Positions 20,969-32,005 of a DNA stretch of 64,000 nucleotides are shown here, in pieces. Within the stretch, counting starts at the first letter, position 1; every line of letters begins with the position of its first letter. Under the pieces are notes generated by a model, which searched no databases, was not told the DNA's origin, and saw only the letters and a program-made list of their open reading frames with translations. The position numbers were made by a program, and so were the translations under genes. The stretch is from Andalucia godoyi And28 (taxonomy: Eukaryota; Protista; Jakobida). The stretch is from positions 186,001 to 250,000 of the forward strand of contig VRVR01000029.1 of the NCBI GenBank assembly GCA_009859145.1, given 5' to 3'.

Positions 20969-22291
20969 ATGACAAGAGTTGCTATTGTGTTGTTCGCTGT
21001 TGTTTTGGCAGTGATTGCGCACTCTCAGACTGCTGTCGCGGACCGCGGATTTTCGAATGAAAAGGTGGCGGCGTTCTTGTCGTGGCTTTCAGAAAATGGT
21101 GTTGACACGTCGCATTTTACGATTAAGAAGATTCCGGAATTTGGACTGGGCGTGGTTGCGACAAAGGCCATTCCGGCAAAGGAGAATGTTCTCAAAGTTC
21201 CGTTCAGTGTTATGTTGACTTCGCAGTCGTGTTTCTTGTCGAATATCGGATATGTTCTGAAATCCGAGGAAAAGATTAAGAGTGCAGAAGACGTGGTGCT
21301 TTCCATCTGCCTGGTTTATCAAGCTTCGAAACCAGATTCATTCTGGAGACCGTATCTCGACTTGCTTCCAGAAGATCGGTCGCTTGTCACGCTTGTGGAT
21401 AATGAGGTGCTTCGTGAGCTTGACGGAACGTCATTGTTTACGGCCCTCAACAATCGCAAAGAACAGCTTGCAAACGAGTATGCATATGTTTACGAGCACT
21501 TGTTTTCGAGGTTTCCGGACATCTTTGTGCCTTCGGTTTTCAACAAATCAGCCTACTTTTGGGCGCGCCACGTGGTAGATTCCAGAGCATGGGGGCTTCA
21601 AGGTTCCACATATGCGCTTATTCCCATGGCAGATTTCTTCAACCACCACTTTTTGTATCCTCCTCTGATCACGGATCCTGAGAAACAACGAGCGTATCTC
21701 ACTGCCCGGGACGATGCGGGTTACGTTGCGGGCGAGCAGATCTTTGACAACTACGGCAACAAGACGAATGCACAGTTTCTGCTTGCCTATGGATTCATGT
21801 TGGACGACAACGAGCATGATACGCTGAACATCAATCTTGCTTTTGGCGGGGAGACGGTGTGGGACGAGGCAAAGCAGATTTTGCTGGCAAAGGTTGGTTT
21901 CAAGGACGGCAAGTTCACAGGTGCGCTCAAGCGGAACGGATTGCCAGTAGATGTTATGCGCTTCTTGAGAATTGCACATATGACACCCTTTGAAGTGGAG
22001 AGCATGCAGAAGTCCCTTGAATCGGATGCCTTGGTGTCCCTGCGAAACGAACGGTCTGTCATCACTGACCTCATTGTGAAGATCAACTCGTTCTTGGACA
22101 AGTATAAGACTTCCATTGAAGAGGATGAAGCAGCTCTTCGCAGAACAAACTTGTCTCCCACTCAACGACTGCTGGTGCGGTATCGGCGAGGTGAGAAGCA
22201 GGTTCTGTTCGAATGCAAGCGAATCTTGCTAGAGTACTGGGACTCGCTGTTGCGCGTTCCTGACTCAGAGCTGGATTGGAGCATTCTGTAA
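20969..22291 (+). CDS. SET-domain lysine/histidine methyltransferase (Rubisco-LSMT/SETD3/SETD6 class) with N-terminal signal peptide
   Basis: GLGVVATKAI, LIPMADFFNH, EQIFDNYG...LLAYGF and an LSMT substrate-binding C-domain; hydrophobic leader MTRVAIVLFAVVLAVIAHSQTAVA. Confidence 0.9.
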   Translation: MTRVAIVLFAVVLAVIAHSQTAVADRGFSNEKVAAFLSWLSENGVDTSHFTIKKIPEFGLGVVATKAIPAKENVLKVPFSVMLTSQSCFLSNIGYVLKSEEKIKSAEDVVLSICLVYQASKPDSFWRPYLDLLPEDRSLVTLVDNEVLRELDGTSLFTALNNRKEQLANEYAYVYEHLFSRFPDIFVPSVFNKSAYFWARHVVDSRAWGLQGSTYALIPMADFFNHHFLYPPLITDPEKQRAYLTARDDAGYVAGEQIFDNYGNKTNAQFLLAYGFMLDDNEHDTLNINLAFGGETVWDEAKQILLAKVGFKDGKFTGALKRNGLPVDVMRFLRIAHMTPFEVESMQKSLESDALVSLRNERSVITDLIVKINSFLDKYKTSIEEDEAALRRTNLSPTQRLLVRYRRGEKQVLFECKRILLEYWDSLLRVPDSELDWSIL

Positions 22292-22493
22292 TTTTATTCC
22301 CACCGAATTTCTCCCCCCTTTCAGTTTTTTTTCTTTGTTAAATTGTCTCCTGCAGTTCCCACTGCCAGACAGCTTCGATCGACTCTGCCATGCCTGATTT
22401 TCCCCGTGTACAAAAAAAAAAAAAAAAAAAAAAAGTCAGGCCGTTATGAATGTACTAAAAAAAGGAGATCTGCTTCCCCCCCCCCCCCGTTCT

Positions 22494-23225
22494 TTATGTG
22501 ATCATCTTTGTCCCTTTTAGGATCAGCAACAGCGGTTTGTTCAGATACTTGGAGGCTTTGGGCAGTCGCTCTGCAAGCTGCTGCGTTCCACAAAGTTCAT
22601 CGAAGACCGATATCTGAAATCCAGCCTCCTGCATTGCTCGGAAGTAGTGGCTCACAAGATGTCGAAACGCGCCGAGCCGGTACTCGGTGTCTTGCAAACC
22701 ATCTTCCTCCGCCGAAGTTCGGAAGTTTGCCTCGACACCAGAAAGCGCCATGAAAGGATGGTACACGGAGAACAACAATGTTCCGCGAGGCTTCAACGAT
22801 CTGTGGAACTCCCGAAACATGCTTCTGAGACTCTCGATGTGCTCTCCGACTAAAGAGCAGACCACGAAATCAAACAAGCCGTCTCGACAAACAGGAGGAA
22901 GACTGCATACGTCTCCTTGGACAAATTCCACAATCTGCACACGTGGATTAAGCGAGAGTTTGCATCGTGCAGTTTCCAGCATTCCCGCGGAAAAGTCCAC
23001 TGCGACGACTCGCTGGGCTCCTCCGTCCACCAGAAAAGGAAGATGCCGGCCGGTTCCACATCCTGCGTCAAGGATACAAAGACCCGCAGGTGACTCCATG
23101 TAAGAACGAAGAACCAATTCGTCGTACGCAACAACGGGGTTCGCAGTAGTGTCATATGTCTTTGACCACAAATCATACCCTTCTTTCACACCCACTTGCC
23201 TGACTCTGACTTCCCCGCCACTCAT
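22494..23225 (-). CDS. Class I SAM-dependent methyltransferase (BioC-like, bacterial-type)
   Basis: EGYDLWSKTYD, LDAGCGTGRH, VDFSAGML, LKPRG; probable ATG at 23225. Confidence 0.88.
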   Translation of the reverse strand: MSGGEVRVRQVGVKEGYDLWSKTYDTTANPVVAYDELVLRSYMESPAGLCILDAGCGTGRHLPFLVDGGAQRVVAVDFSAGMLETARCKLSLNPRVQIVEFVQGDVCSLPPVCRDGLFDFVVCSLVGEHIESLRSMFREFHRSLKPRGTLLFSVYHPFMALSGVEANFRTSAEEDGLQDTEYRLGAFRHLVSHYFRAMQEAGFQISVFDELCGTQQLAERLPKASKYLNKPLLLILKGTKMIT

Positions 23226-23526
23226 GTCCGCACAATCTTTGCTGATCAACGCCACAATCCGCAAACAAACAAAAAACACCAATGTATGAAATCGTTCCTG
23301 CACAAGTACTCGGCAACTCGGCAGGAGCCGCAACTTGTGAGCGCACTGCTTTGGAAGAAAGAATGAGTTGAACCACGACGAAGGGGCGGAGCGTCATCGG
23401 AAATTTTGCATCGGGGGATTTCGGGACCTTTTTCGGGTTGGAAATTGCCCGCCGGCCCGCTGCCCAATTCCATGTAGGAACCCAGTCCGAAGTCCGAGAG
23501 AATCATGAAGCAGGATTAAGATGAAA

Positions 23527-23706
<180 letters not shown>

Positions 23707-23718
23707 TTTTAGTGAACA

Positions 23719-24727
23719 ATGAGTCAGAGAGTAACAAGGTCAAAATACAAAGCAGCTAATGCGGACTGTGTAAATTCAGATTTCATACTTTCCTCGCAGG
23801 AATCCAGACCGTCCCAATCATCGTCGTCATCGCCGTCATTGGATTCTTGTGTAAAGCAACCGCGACGAAAGCGCAAGGTTGCAGAAATCTCACAGCACCA
23901 GCAAGAATCATCTGCCGCCGAGCAACTCGGATCGTCGGAGGTGCAGAACAGCGACTCGGTTGTGATATTGAAAACTTTGGAAGGAGCAAAAAGTATAGAG
24001 TACCCCGCTGCCTCAAAAAGAGACTTTATTCTCATGAGCCGACTTGTGAGGTTTGCAGCGAAGCAACATCCAGAACTGACGGCTCATGAAATGGCGGTGC
24101 GAGGCATGAGATTTTGCTTGAATGACGCGAATGACCCTGTGGAAAGACTGGATTGGAATGCAGACCAGGTTCCTTCCGAAGCCGTATGTTTATTCTTTAT
24201 CGCCACTTCTTCGCTGTCAATGCTTCTTCTTGATCGTCAACGTGACCCCAAATGTTCAAAAGGTGTGTAGACTCTTCTTGCAGCAGGGGGGTTACGTTCT
24301 TTTCCCCCATTGTTGATCTGGTGCTCAACTCATTCATTTTATTTTTATTTTGTTTATTTGATGTCATTTGTGAATAATGGAATAGTTTGCGGCTATGAAG
24401 GAAGCAGAAAGATACGTCGCTCTTGCTCAAAGCAAGGCTGTGGAAGAGAATGTCGTTGATGGTATCGGAAGTGACCGACTGGATGTCGCTTCTGCAGAGA
24501 CCAGTCGGTTGGACACTCACGCAGAGACGGATGCTGCCTCGATGCACAGTTCACAGGACCGGGAGCACGACAGCTTCACTGGAGCCTCCCGATTTCCATC
24601 GTCCGTGAACACAATCTCGGAGCTGTCTGTGCCGCAGGAACGACACTCGCAAAAGAATGTGGAAGAACTCACGGCGATTGCAGTCTTTGACGACACTTCT
24701 TTGCCGCCGCACAGCCAAACATTGTAA
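23719..24727 (+). CDS. Hypothetical Ser-rich protein, probably 2 exons: join(23719..24183,24386..24727)
   Basis: GTATGT donor at 24184 and AATAG acceptor at 24385 are both phase 0 and join two track ORFs (807 nt); basic PRRKRK NLS-like motif. Confidence 0.55.
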
Positions 24728-24948
24728 AGTCACCAACCACCACCACCACGATAAAAAGCAACGGTACCTTACATGTTCCGCCGATTTATATTACAAAGGA
24801 AGAGGGAGGGGAATTGAACAAAGAATGTAAAACACCGTTGATCATTGGACTGGAAGCAGAAAAAAAAAATGCTGAGAAGGCCCCTCCCTTCCCTCCTCCT
24901 CCTCCTCATAATAATAATAATATACAAAAATAGGACAGCCAACAATTT

Positions 24949-26199
24949 CTAGGAATGTGCACTGATTGCAGGTTCAAAGATGGTTGGTGAACGCTGGATT
25001 TCCCGAGAAGGATGGCCTGGATCGAACATGACTGCGGTCTGCAGTCTGTCGAACTGCACCTTGGAAGAAGATCGGCGATGGCGATTGGTCACATTGCTTC
25101 CTGAGTTGATATATTCAAGATCCGAGTTTGAAAAATTGGCAGAAACCGTGAAGCCTCGTCGTCTGCACGACGGCTTCGAATCCGGGTTCAGCGATGAACG
25201 ACCAGAAGTAGCAGACAAGGGTGTACCAATCGAGCCGCAGCATGCTGCAGTCTCGTCCGAATACCCCGCAGGATTCGCAAAAGAACCAGACTGCTCTTGA
25301 CGTCGCATAGGATGTAAGTAAGCGGGCAGCGAAGCAGAGGAACAATCGTTGCAGTCTCGTAGCTGAGGGGGGGCCTCGCTATCCGCTTCCGCAGACGTGA
25401 CGAGCATGCTGTTAGTGCTAGACTCTCGACTCTGGAGAAAATGCGGGGAGCGACTGACCTGAGGAGAACCGACCGTCCGCGGAGAAGCCGTCGTGGAACG
25501 CAATTGAGGTCGAATGATAAACTTGGAGACAGACCCAAGGGCACCGTTGGCACCAACCGTCTTTGGAGAGCTGATCAGCGATGGCAACGTAGGGTCTCTG
25601 AAGTTCAGAACTTTAGCATGGGGTGTTCCCTGGACGGACCGGTTCTGCAGAGGAGGTAGAACATCGCATCTGTGCGACGCGTCATTGTTGTTCTCGAGAC
25701 CGGTGGGGACGAGTCCTTGATCCGAGTCTTCGAACAAGCATGTTGTGCTCGGGACCAAAATCGGCCTGGGACGAGCTTTGATGCTGCCGGAATGTGCCAA
25801 GGTCGCTGTCACCACAGGCGGTGCCGCCATGGGTGCCGCCTGAGGAGGAATGACAGCAGGAGGCCCAAGAAACGAGCCCTTGAAGTGCGCGGTGGAAGAA
25901 AAGCTGGTATCGCTGGATGACACATCAGGAGAGTCTTCTTCCAGCTCTTTCAGCGCCTGGGCTGAACTATCGAGAATATGGATTTCGTTCTTCTTAGATT
26001 TGGCAGAGCCGCGGCCCTGCTCCTTGGCCGGAGCTTTGAAAAGGGGTGCTGATTCATGCGAGGTTTGCAGGTCATCTTCGGTGCTGTTTGAGCTCGGTTC
26101 TGGCTTGCTTTCGTACTGCTTGCCGTTGACTGGAGCAGGACGTGGCTCGACTGGCGATACACGGCTTTCCTTTTTCTGTTTTCCACACGCAGAACCCAT
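24949..26199 (-). CDS. Hypothetical disordered protein with N-terminal dual-acylation motif
   Basis: 416-codon ATG ORF; starts MGSACGK; KVQF motif near the C-terminus. Confidence 0.7.
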   Translation of the reverse strand: MGSACGKQKKESRVSPVEPRPAPVNGKQYESKPEPSSNSTEDDLQTSHESAPLFKAPAKEQGRGSAKSKKNEIHILDSSAQALKELEEDSPDVSSSDTSFSSTAHFKGSFLGPPAVIPPQAAPMAAPPVVTATLAHSGSIKARPRPILVPSTTCLFEDSDQGLVPTGLENNNDASHRCDVLPPLQNRSVQGTPHAKVLNFRDPTLPSLISSPKTVGANGALGSVSKFIIRPQLRSTTASPRTVGSPQVSRSPHFLQSRESSTNSMLVTSAEADSEAPPQLRDCNDCSSASLPAYLHPMRRQEQSGSFANPAGYSDETAACCGSIGTPLSATSGRSSLNPDSKPSCRRRGFTVSANFSNSDLEYINSGSNVTNRHRRSSSKVQFDRLQTAVMFDPGHPSREIQRSPTIFEPAISAHS

Positions 26200-26259
26200 G
26201 TTTCTTCTTCGCTCTTGTTCTTCTTGGGTTCAGTGTTGCAATGTTTGGGGAAGAAGGCG

Positions 26260-26301
<42 letters not shown>

Positions 26302-27782
26302 ATCGCACGAGTATATCACTAAATCACGAGAGGGAAATCGCTGAGGCAAAGAGAAATATCAACACCGTGAATGATTCTGCAGGAGGTTTTTTCTTTTCCT
26401 TCTCCTTTGTGCGAACAGCGACAACAACTAGCAGCGAGAGTGAGGTGGTGATGATAGGATTGTCCGCTCGATTTCCAATGCAGCAGTCGACTTTATTTCA
26501 ACGAGGAAGCCCCCAGCCATTGGGATCCGGCCCGCTGAGGCGGCGTGTGAGCACGTTTCGTCAGGAGCAGTCAATGAGAGAAGGAAGTTGTGGAACTGCT
26601 TTGACATCGGGAAAATTGTTTTGACATTGCTTGCGATCCGATGTTGTGGTTTGCTCGGACGCGGAGGTCGATCTGTCGCCAAACCCTACAGAAACAGATG
26701 ACGAGGATCCGTCAAGCGCCAAACAGCCGCAGCCGCCAATTTGCCATAACTCTGGAGTTTTGGCAAATGGAGATAAGGAAGGTCGAGTGCCCAGAAAGGG
26801 AAACTTCTTCCTCCATTCCAACTTGCCTTCTGGCCAGACGGACCTTTCGGATGTTGTCCGATGCATTCCGGACTCACGGCAAGAACGGGGAGGAAACACG
26901 GGAAGCAGCAGCACGGAAGGGAACAACGCCAGGAACACGACATGGAGTGCCCGGATGGCACGCTCGGGAAATTGACAAAAGTCCGATTGCCATCTCCCTC
27001 TCCCGATGATACAAGACGTACAGGTTGTTGGAATTTGTTGCTTGCTTCTGCGGGTTTCCACCGCCAGGAAGTAGTTGCAGTCGAGAGTACCGCTGGTACG
27101 AAAGTGAGCTTTCGTCATGCATCAATATCGATAGCGTTCAATGCACAGCTGCCAGTGCACGGAATCCGCCGTCCCCCTTTCACGACCACGACCTTTTTAC
27201 ACCGCATATCATGGTATGCTAAGGCATAGCAGTTGAACCATGCATGCCAAGTAAAAGAAAAGCGCCTTTTGGACAATTTCGAGCCCGGAAGGAGCCGGTC
27301 ACCTGCCTGCTTCCGAAATTCGCAAACGTCGGAGACGGCTTTTTTGCACGGCAAGCGGCGGATCGGCGGATCGGCGGGAGCTATTGCGAGTTTCAAACAG
27401 CGATTGTTGCACAGAGGACAAGAGCTCACGGACTCTGTGTTGAGGCGCATCTCCGTGCTTGGTACTGCACCGCAGTCCAGATTGCAATACTGATTTATGA
27501 TGCATTAGCATTGATGTCTGTCTATGATCAGTGTACAACGCTGACCAAGCCCCTGGACTTCGGTGCGGGTTCTGATCACACTGCATGTTCTGCGGAGTGC
27601 TCAATGTTGCGTCGCGACAGATTCCTCGCACCGAATTTCGCGGTCAGCAGCGTGTCAAAAGCACAGTCAACGTTTCCCGATTTCCTCCATTCAGAAGCAA
27701 TTTTGGGAGATACCATCGGTTTTCAAGGAAGGGGAAAGAATGAAGTAGATAGATGACTGTTTTTCCCACGCACATTGTCTTT

Positions 27783-28796
27783 TTAAGATTCATTTTCATG
27801 CTCCTCCTCATCGTCTGATTCCGAAAAATCAACATTCATTAGTTTCGCCATGTGCAGTGCAACCTCGGCAGCTCTGCTCCGTCGTGCATCATCCGACAGT
27901 TCATGACCTCTATTCCTTAGAAACATCATCTGCTGCAGCAAGTTTGAAAACGCATCGTCGCCGTCCATTTCTTGTGCGATCTCCTGGAACTGATTTGTGA
28001 AGAGCGAAGCAGGCATCGCCGCCCGGACCGCGTGCTCTTTTGGCACAGCCGAAGTGGTAGCCCCAGCTCCAGCACCAGCCCCAGCCCCAGCCTGACTCTG
28101 CACTCTGTCCAAATCGCTTTCGGAAACAGCATCCTTTGCGCTGTCGTTCTCTGCAACCTCCTGCCCAGTCTCCGACTCACGGTTCGGAGGAACAACTTCC
28201 TCAGTGGCCAATCTCGTCGCGCTCTGCACAGCACGCCTCATATCAGGCCACACGTTGCATTCAAGACACGACTTGATGCGCACATGGAAAGGCTGTTCAG
28301 GATCCGCGAGTTCGCCGTCCTCGTCCACCGAGCGCCCAGTTGACGTTTGCGACCCTGCTTGCACTTCGTCATTGTGATGAATGATTTCAATTGAGTTGTC
28401 GAGCGCCCACGAGAACTGGCGATCCTTCTGTGCTTCGGAACACGGTCCCCACGCAACCGCAACCATAACATCCGGCGCAAACCCGTGGAAACTCTGCAAC
28501 CTCGCCAACCGCTCTTTGACTGACTCAAAATCCGATCCGCTCTCTGCCGTAAACACAATCACGCAGCCCTTTGCATCCGCCGCATGTGTCTCATCTGCCG
28601 TAAGAAACAACTCGGCAGAATAGTATCGTGTGCACACTGCCGTTCGGAACCCACCTCCACCCTCCACTTCTTCCAGATTCGAAAACGACGAGTGAAGAAC
28701 AGTGTGGATCGGTGCACTCGGAGTCGTAAGCAACAGCACGATGTTGCCATTCCGATTGCCACTACTGCTGTTATTGCTATCACCGCCGTTCGACAT
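27783..28796 (-). CDS. AAGAB: Alpha/gamma-adaptin-binding protein p34 (Irc6)
   Basis: TRYYSAEL, W.LDNSIE, RIKSCLECNVWPDM, F..L...M..LR.....LSD..RR..A..VA. Confidence 0.85.
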   Translation of the reverse strand: MSNGGDSNNSSSGNRNGNIVLLLTTPSAPIHTVLHSSFSNLEEVEGGGGFRTAVCTRYYSAELFLTADETHAADAKGCVIVFTAESGSDFESVKERLARLQSFHGFAPDVMVAVAWGPCSEAQKDRQFSWALDNSIEIIHHNDEVQAGSQTSTGRSVDEDGELADPEQPFHVRIKSCLECNVWPDMRRAVQSATRLATEEVVPPNRESETGQEVAENDSAKDAVSESDLDRVQSQAGAGAGAGAGATTSAVPKEHAVRAAMPASLFTNQFQEIAQEMDGDDAFSNLLQQMMFLRNRGHELSDDARRSRAAEVALHMAKLMNVDFSESDDEEEHENES

Positions 28797-29148
28797 CTAC
28801 ACTGCTGTTTCCTCCGCTTGTTCCTTCGTTCTGGATGGTCTGGCGAGGACACCCGTCTTCTATCGCTCGCTCACTCACTTCGTGACTCGAAAGAAGATTG
28901 ACAATACAAACAAATAGCAAAAGAACAGAACACAACGCAACTACAAAGAACGGAGAAAGAAGGCGCCTAGCATCAACTTGATGCAACGGGGGAAAAACAT
29001 GAAAGCCCCTTTTTTTTCCCTTTTGTTTTTGGTTTTGGGATTTATATATGAACAACCAAGCGTGCACATACTGGACATGCAGACTGCAACGGCAGCGACA
29101 GTGACAACGATAGCCAGCCCGCAAGAACAAAAGAAGAGAAAAAGAGAT

Positions 29149-29716
29149 ATGCTGATTCATTCACTGTACATTTATGATCGACTTGGAAACTGTCTGTATC
29201 AGAAGGACTGGTTCAGGCCACGCAAAACAAACTCAGATGTAGAAGACCAAAAGCTGATGTACGGAATGTACTATTCGCTGCGCGCGTTTTGCAAGACGAT
29301 TTCTCCAATTCCAGGGTATGTCCGTCACTTTCAGCCACACGCTCTCCTTTTTAATTTTTTAATTCTTATTCACCTTGCTCATTTTCAAAACTGATTTTTG
29401 TTCATTTTAAAAAATGCAATTGTTTTTGGGGGGTTTCTTTTTGTATGCATGCAGATGCGCAGGGTTTTCGTCCTATTCGACGAAAAAGTACAAGCTGTCG
29501 TACTTTGAGACGCTGTCGGGATACAAGTTTATCTTGACTACAGATCCGGGGGCTGGGGATCTCAAGGAGGTGTTCCAGTACTTGTACGGGACGATCTTTG
29601 TGGAAAATGTTACGATGAGCCCGCGGTTCGTTCCTGGTGGAAGCCTCGATGGCAACGCGCCGTTTGTCGAAGGCGTCGACAAGTTTATCCGGTCCGCATT
29701 TTCCGTGCGACCGTAG
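29149..29716 (+). CDS. TRAPPC1: TRAPP complex subunit 1 (Bet5), 2 exons: join(29149..29315,29455..29716)
   Basis: IHSLYIYDR.G.CLY, KLMYGM..SLR, YKL.YFET.SG.KFIL.TD; phase-2 intron GTATGT...GCAG; spliced length 429 nt. Confidence 0.92.
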
Positions 29717-29975
29717 TGTATTAGTGTATTGAATAGTTAAAATTAATCCAAACAAACTCAAACTTCCAGCGGACTACAGTATCGCGGACATCCGACTACG
29801 GCCAGTGGCGCCTGGGCCCCGCCATTTCCCAGGAGCATTGAGCCAAAGGCCAGAATCGTTCGTTTTTTTTTTGTTTTTTTTTTTTGATTGGTGCTGTTGC
29901 GAGATCCAAAAGGTGTGTCTTTGAAAAAGAATACCTCTGAACAAGATAGTTGTGCAGTGAAGGAGAAGGAGAAGG

Positions 29976-30719
29976 ATGATATTGTTGCGTGATGGGCAAC
30001 CGCAGCTTCCTCCGTTGATTCCGCCGAGCAAGTTTGGATATGTGACGGAGCATATATACCGGGGAGGGTATCCAACACTGCGGAACTTCCGGTTTTTGCA
30101 GCGACTTTCATTGCGAACGATCGTCTCTCTTGTTCCGGAAGCCCCTACGAACGATCTCATTGAGTTTTGCACTGCGTTTGGTATCAAACACGTTCATATT
30201 GAGGCTCCGAAAGGATCCATTCTGTCCACAACGAACGTGTTTCAGATTGTGGACCTGCTGCGCGAAAGCCACGATTCAATGCACAATGTGTTTGTGCACT
30301 GTCTTGACGGCGGCGGGGTTTCCGGTACTCTGATTATGGCATTCCGAAAGCTGATTCATTTGTGGACCGTCCAGGCGTGCGTCGAGGAGTTTTGCACGTA
30401 CAGCAGCGAGTTTGAAATTGAAACGGAGGAAGAAGAATTTATTCGCGACATCTCCGCCAAGGAGTTCTTTCGTACGCATTCCAAGCAAAGGGACGCACAG
30501 TCTGCAGCGGGTGCCAAGAATGCAAAGCCAAAGGACGCGAAAAGGTCAATGGCGTCCACTCTCAAGGCCCTCCAGCCACTGGCGCTCGAAGGCTTGCCCG
30601 CCATCGACAAGACGTCGGCATTTGCTACCGGCAAGCGAGCATTGTCCAAGGCGTCCAGCACAATCCGTGCACTGCTGGACCCTCCGATCTCCAAGACCAT
30701 GGCTTCGTCTCCCAAATAG
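29976..30719 (+). CDS. Siw14/Oca-family (PFA-DSP) phosphatase-like protein, Oca6-like
   Basis: PP..FG.V...IYRG.YP...NF.FL..L.LRTI.SL.PE; HCLDG P-loop lacking the catalytic Arg. Confidence 0.85.
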   Translation: MILLRDGQPQLPPLIPPSKFGYVTEHIYRGGYPTLRNFRFLQRLSLRTIVSLVPEAPTNDLIEFCTAFGIKHVHIEAPKGSILSTTNVFQIVDLLRESHDSMHNVFVHCLDGGGVSGTLIMAFRKLIHLWTVQACVEEFCTYSSEFEIETEEEEFIRDISAKEFFRTHSKQRDAQSAAGAKNAKPKDAKRSMASTLKALQPLALEGLPAIDKTSAFATGKRALSKASSTIRALLDPPISKTMASSPK

Positions 30720-30836
30720 ACCTTCTTCAGCACACCCCCGTTCAGCCCGTCTGCTGCTGTTTCCCATATGGCAAATCTTGATCTTCATATGAGTCGAGGA
30801 TATCCTCAAAGATGCGGAGGGGAGAGGACAGAAGAG

Positions 30837-31572
30837 CTATACTCGGGTCATCCCCCATGCGAAAACGGCAATTGAGGAAAGGATAAGGAATCCTGCATAT
30901 GTCTTGAACAATGCGGCCCATGAGATGAAGCGTCCATGGAGCGTAATCAAGATGCACAGACTTACCATCGTCCACGACGACTTGTTCTTGTAGTTCATAT
31001 GGTTGAGTGCGCGTGCACAAAAAGAGTGGCAGTTGTTGCCGCAGAAATTGTACATTTCTTCGCAGTAAAATACGCGCGCCTTTTCAATACACCCATCATA
31101 CGTCTCAGAGGTAGTGCTGCTGGTTTGGCTGTGACCGGAAGTCAGGATTCCCATTTTTTGCGGATCCAAGAGTGCGTACTTGGTGGGCTTTCCAAATGCA
31201 AAGTTGTCTCGACTAACTGTGTACGGACCCGCAAAGTCATAGATCACTCCATCCGACGCACAGATTCCCATATGACCAATAAACGGAAGGAGCCAGCTAC
31301 GCACATATAATCATACAAGAAATTTGATTAGACACTGGAAAGAAACAGCGTTTCGTTTTCCTCAGCATACCAAACACACCGCGGCAACAACCAAACGTAA
31401 AGTTTAAAATAAAAATAAAAAAGAAGGGGTAAACAAAAAAAATAAAAATAATAATAAATAAATAATAAATGAAAAATACTACAACAAAGGGAACATACGT
31501 TATCAACGGAATGGGAGTCCAAACGATGCAGAATGGAAATCTGTCTCGTTTGGGATCGATTGCGTTCTTCAT
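30837..31572 (-). CDS. TMEM222: Transmembrane protein 222, 2 exons: complement(join(30837..31296,31499..31572))
   Basis: RFPFCIVWTPIPLIT|WLLPFIGHMGIC..DG.IYDFAGPY, YNFCGNNCHSF; intron GTATGT...CGTAG; spliced length 534 nt. Confidence 0.92.
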
Positions 31573-32005
31573 ATCACCCAACTCTGGATCTGTGGACGTT
31601 ATTTTTCTCTCTCTTCCTTCTGTGTGTGTATGCGCTGCATGCATGCACCTTCACAAACGAACCCTGGAAAAAGTAAATGTAAAAGAAGGAAAGGTAAAAA
31701 AGTAAAAGAAGGAAACACAAAGAAGAAATCAAACAGACGTCAGACACCAAAATACATTGTGCACTAACCACGGATAATCAATGTTGCAACCCAACAACAC
31801 ACCGGTTGTAAACGCATGCGCATGGCGCGTGGCGGTGTTTTTGTGTTTTACGTGCGCTTTAGATTGCTTCATCATATCGCAATAAGTGGCAGCGGCCTTT
31901 TGAATAGCAGGATTTTTTCCCGCAGATCTTATTGTTTTTTTTCCTGCTTTCATTGTGTAATCTGTAATTTTGAATTTGTAATAAACACACAAGCCGGTTG
32001 TCGGA

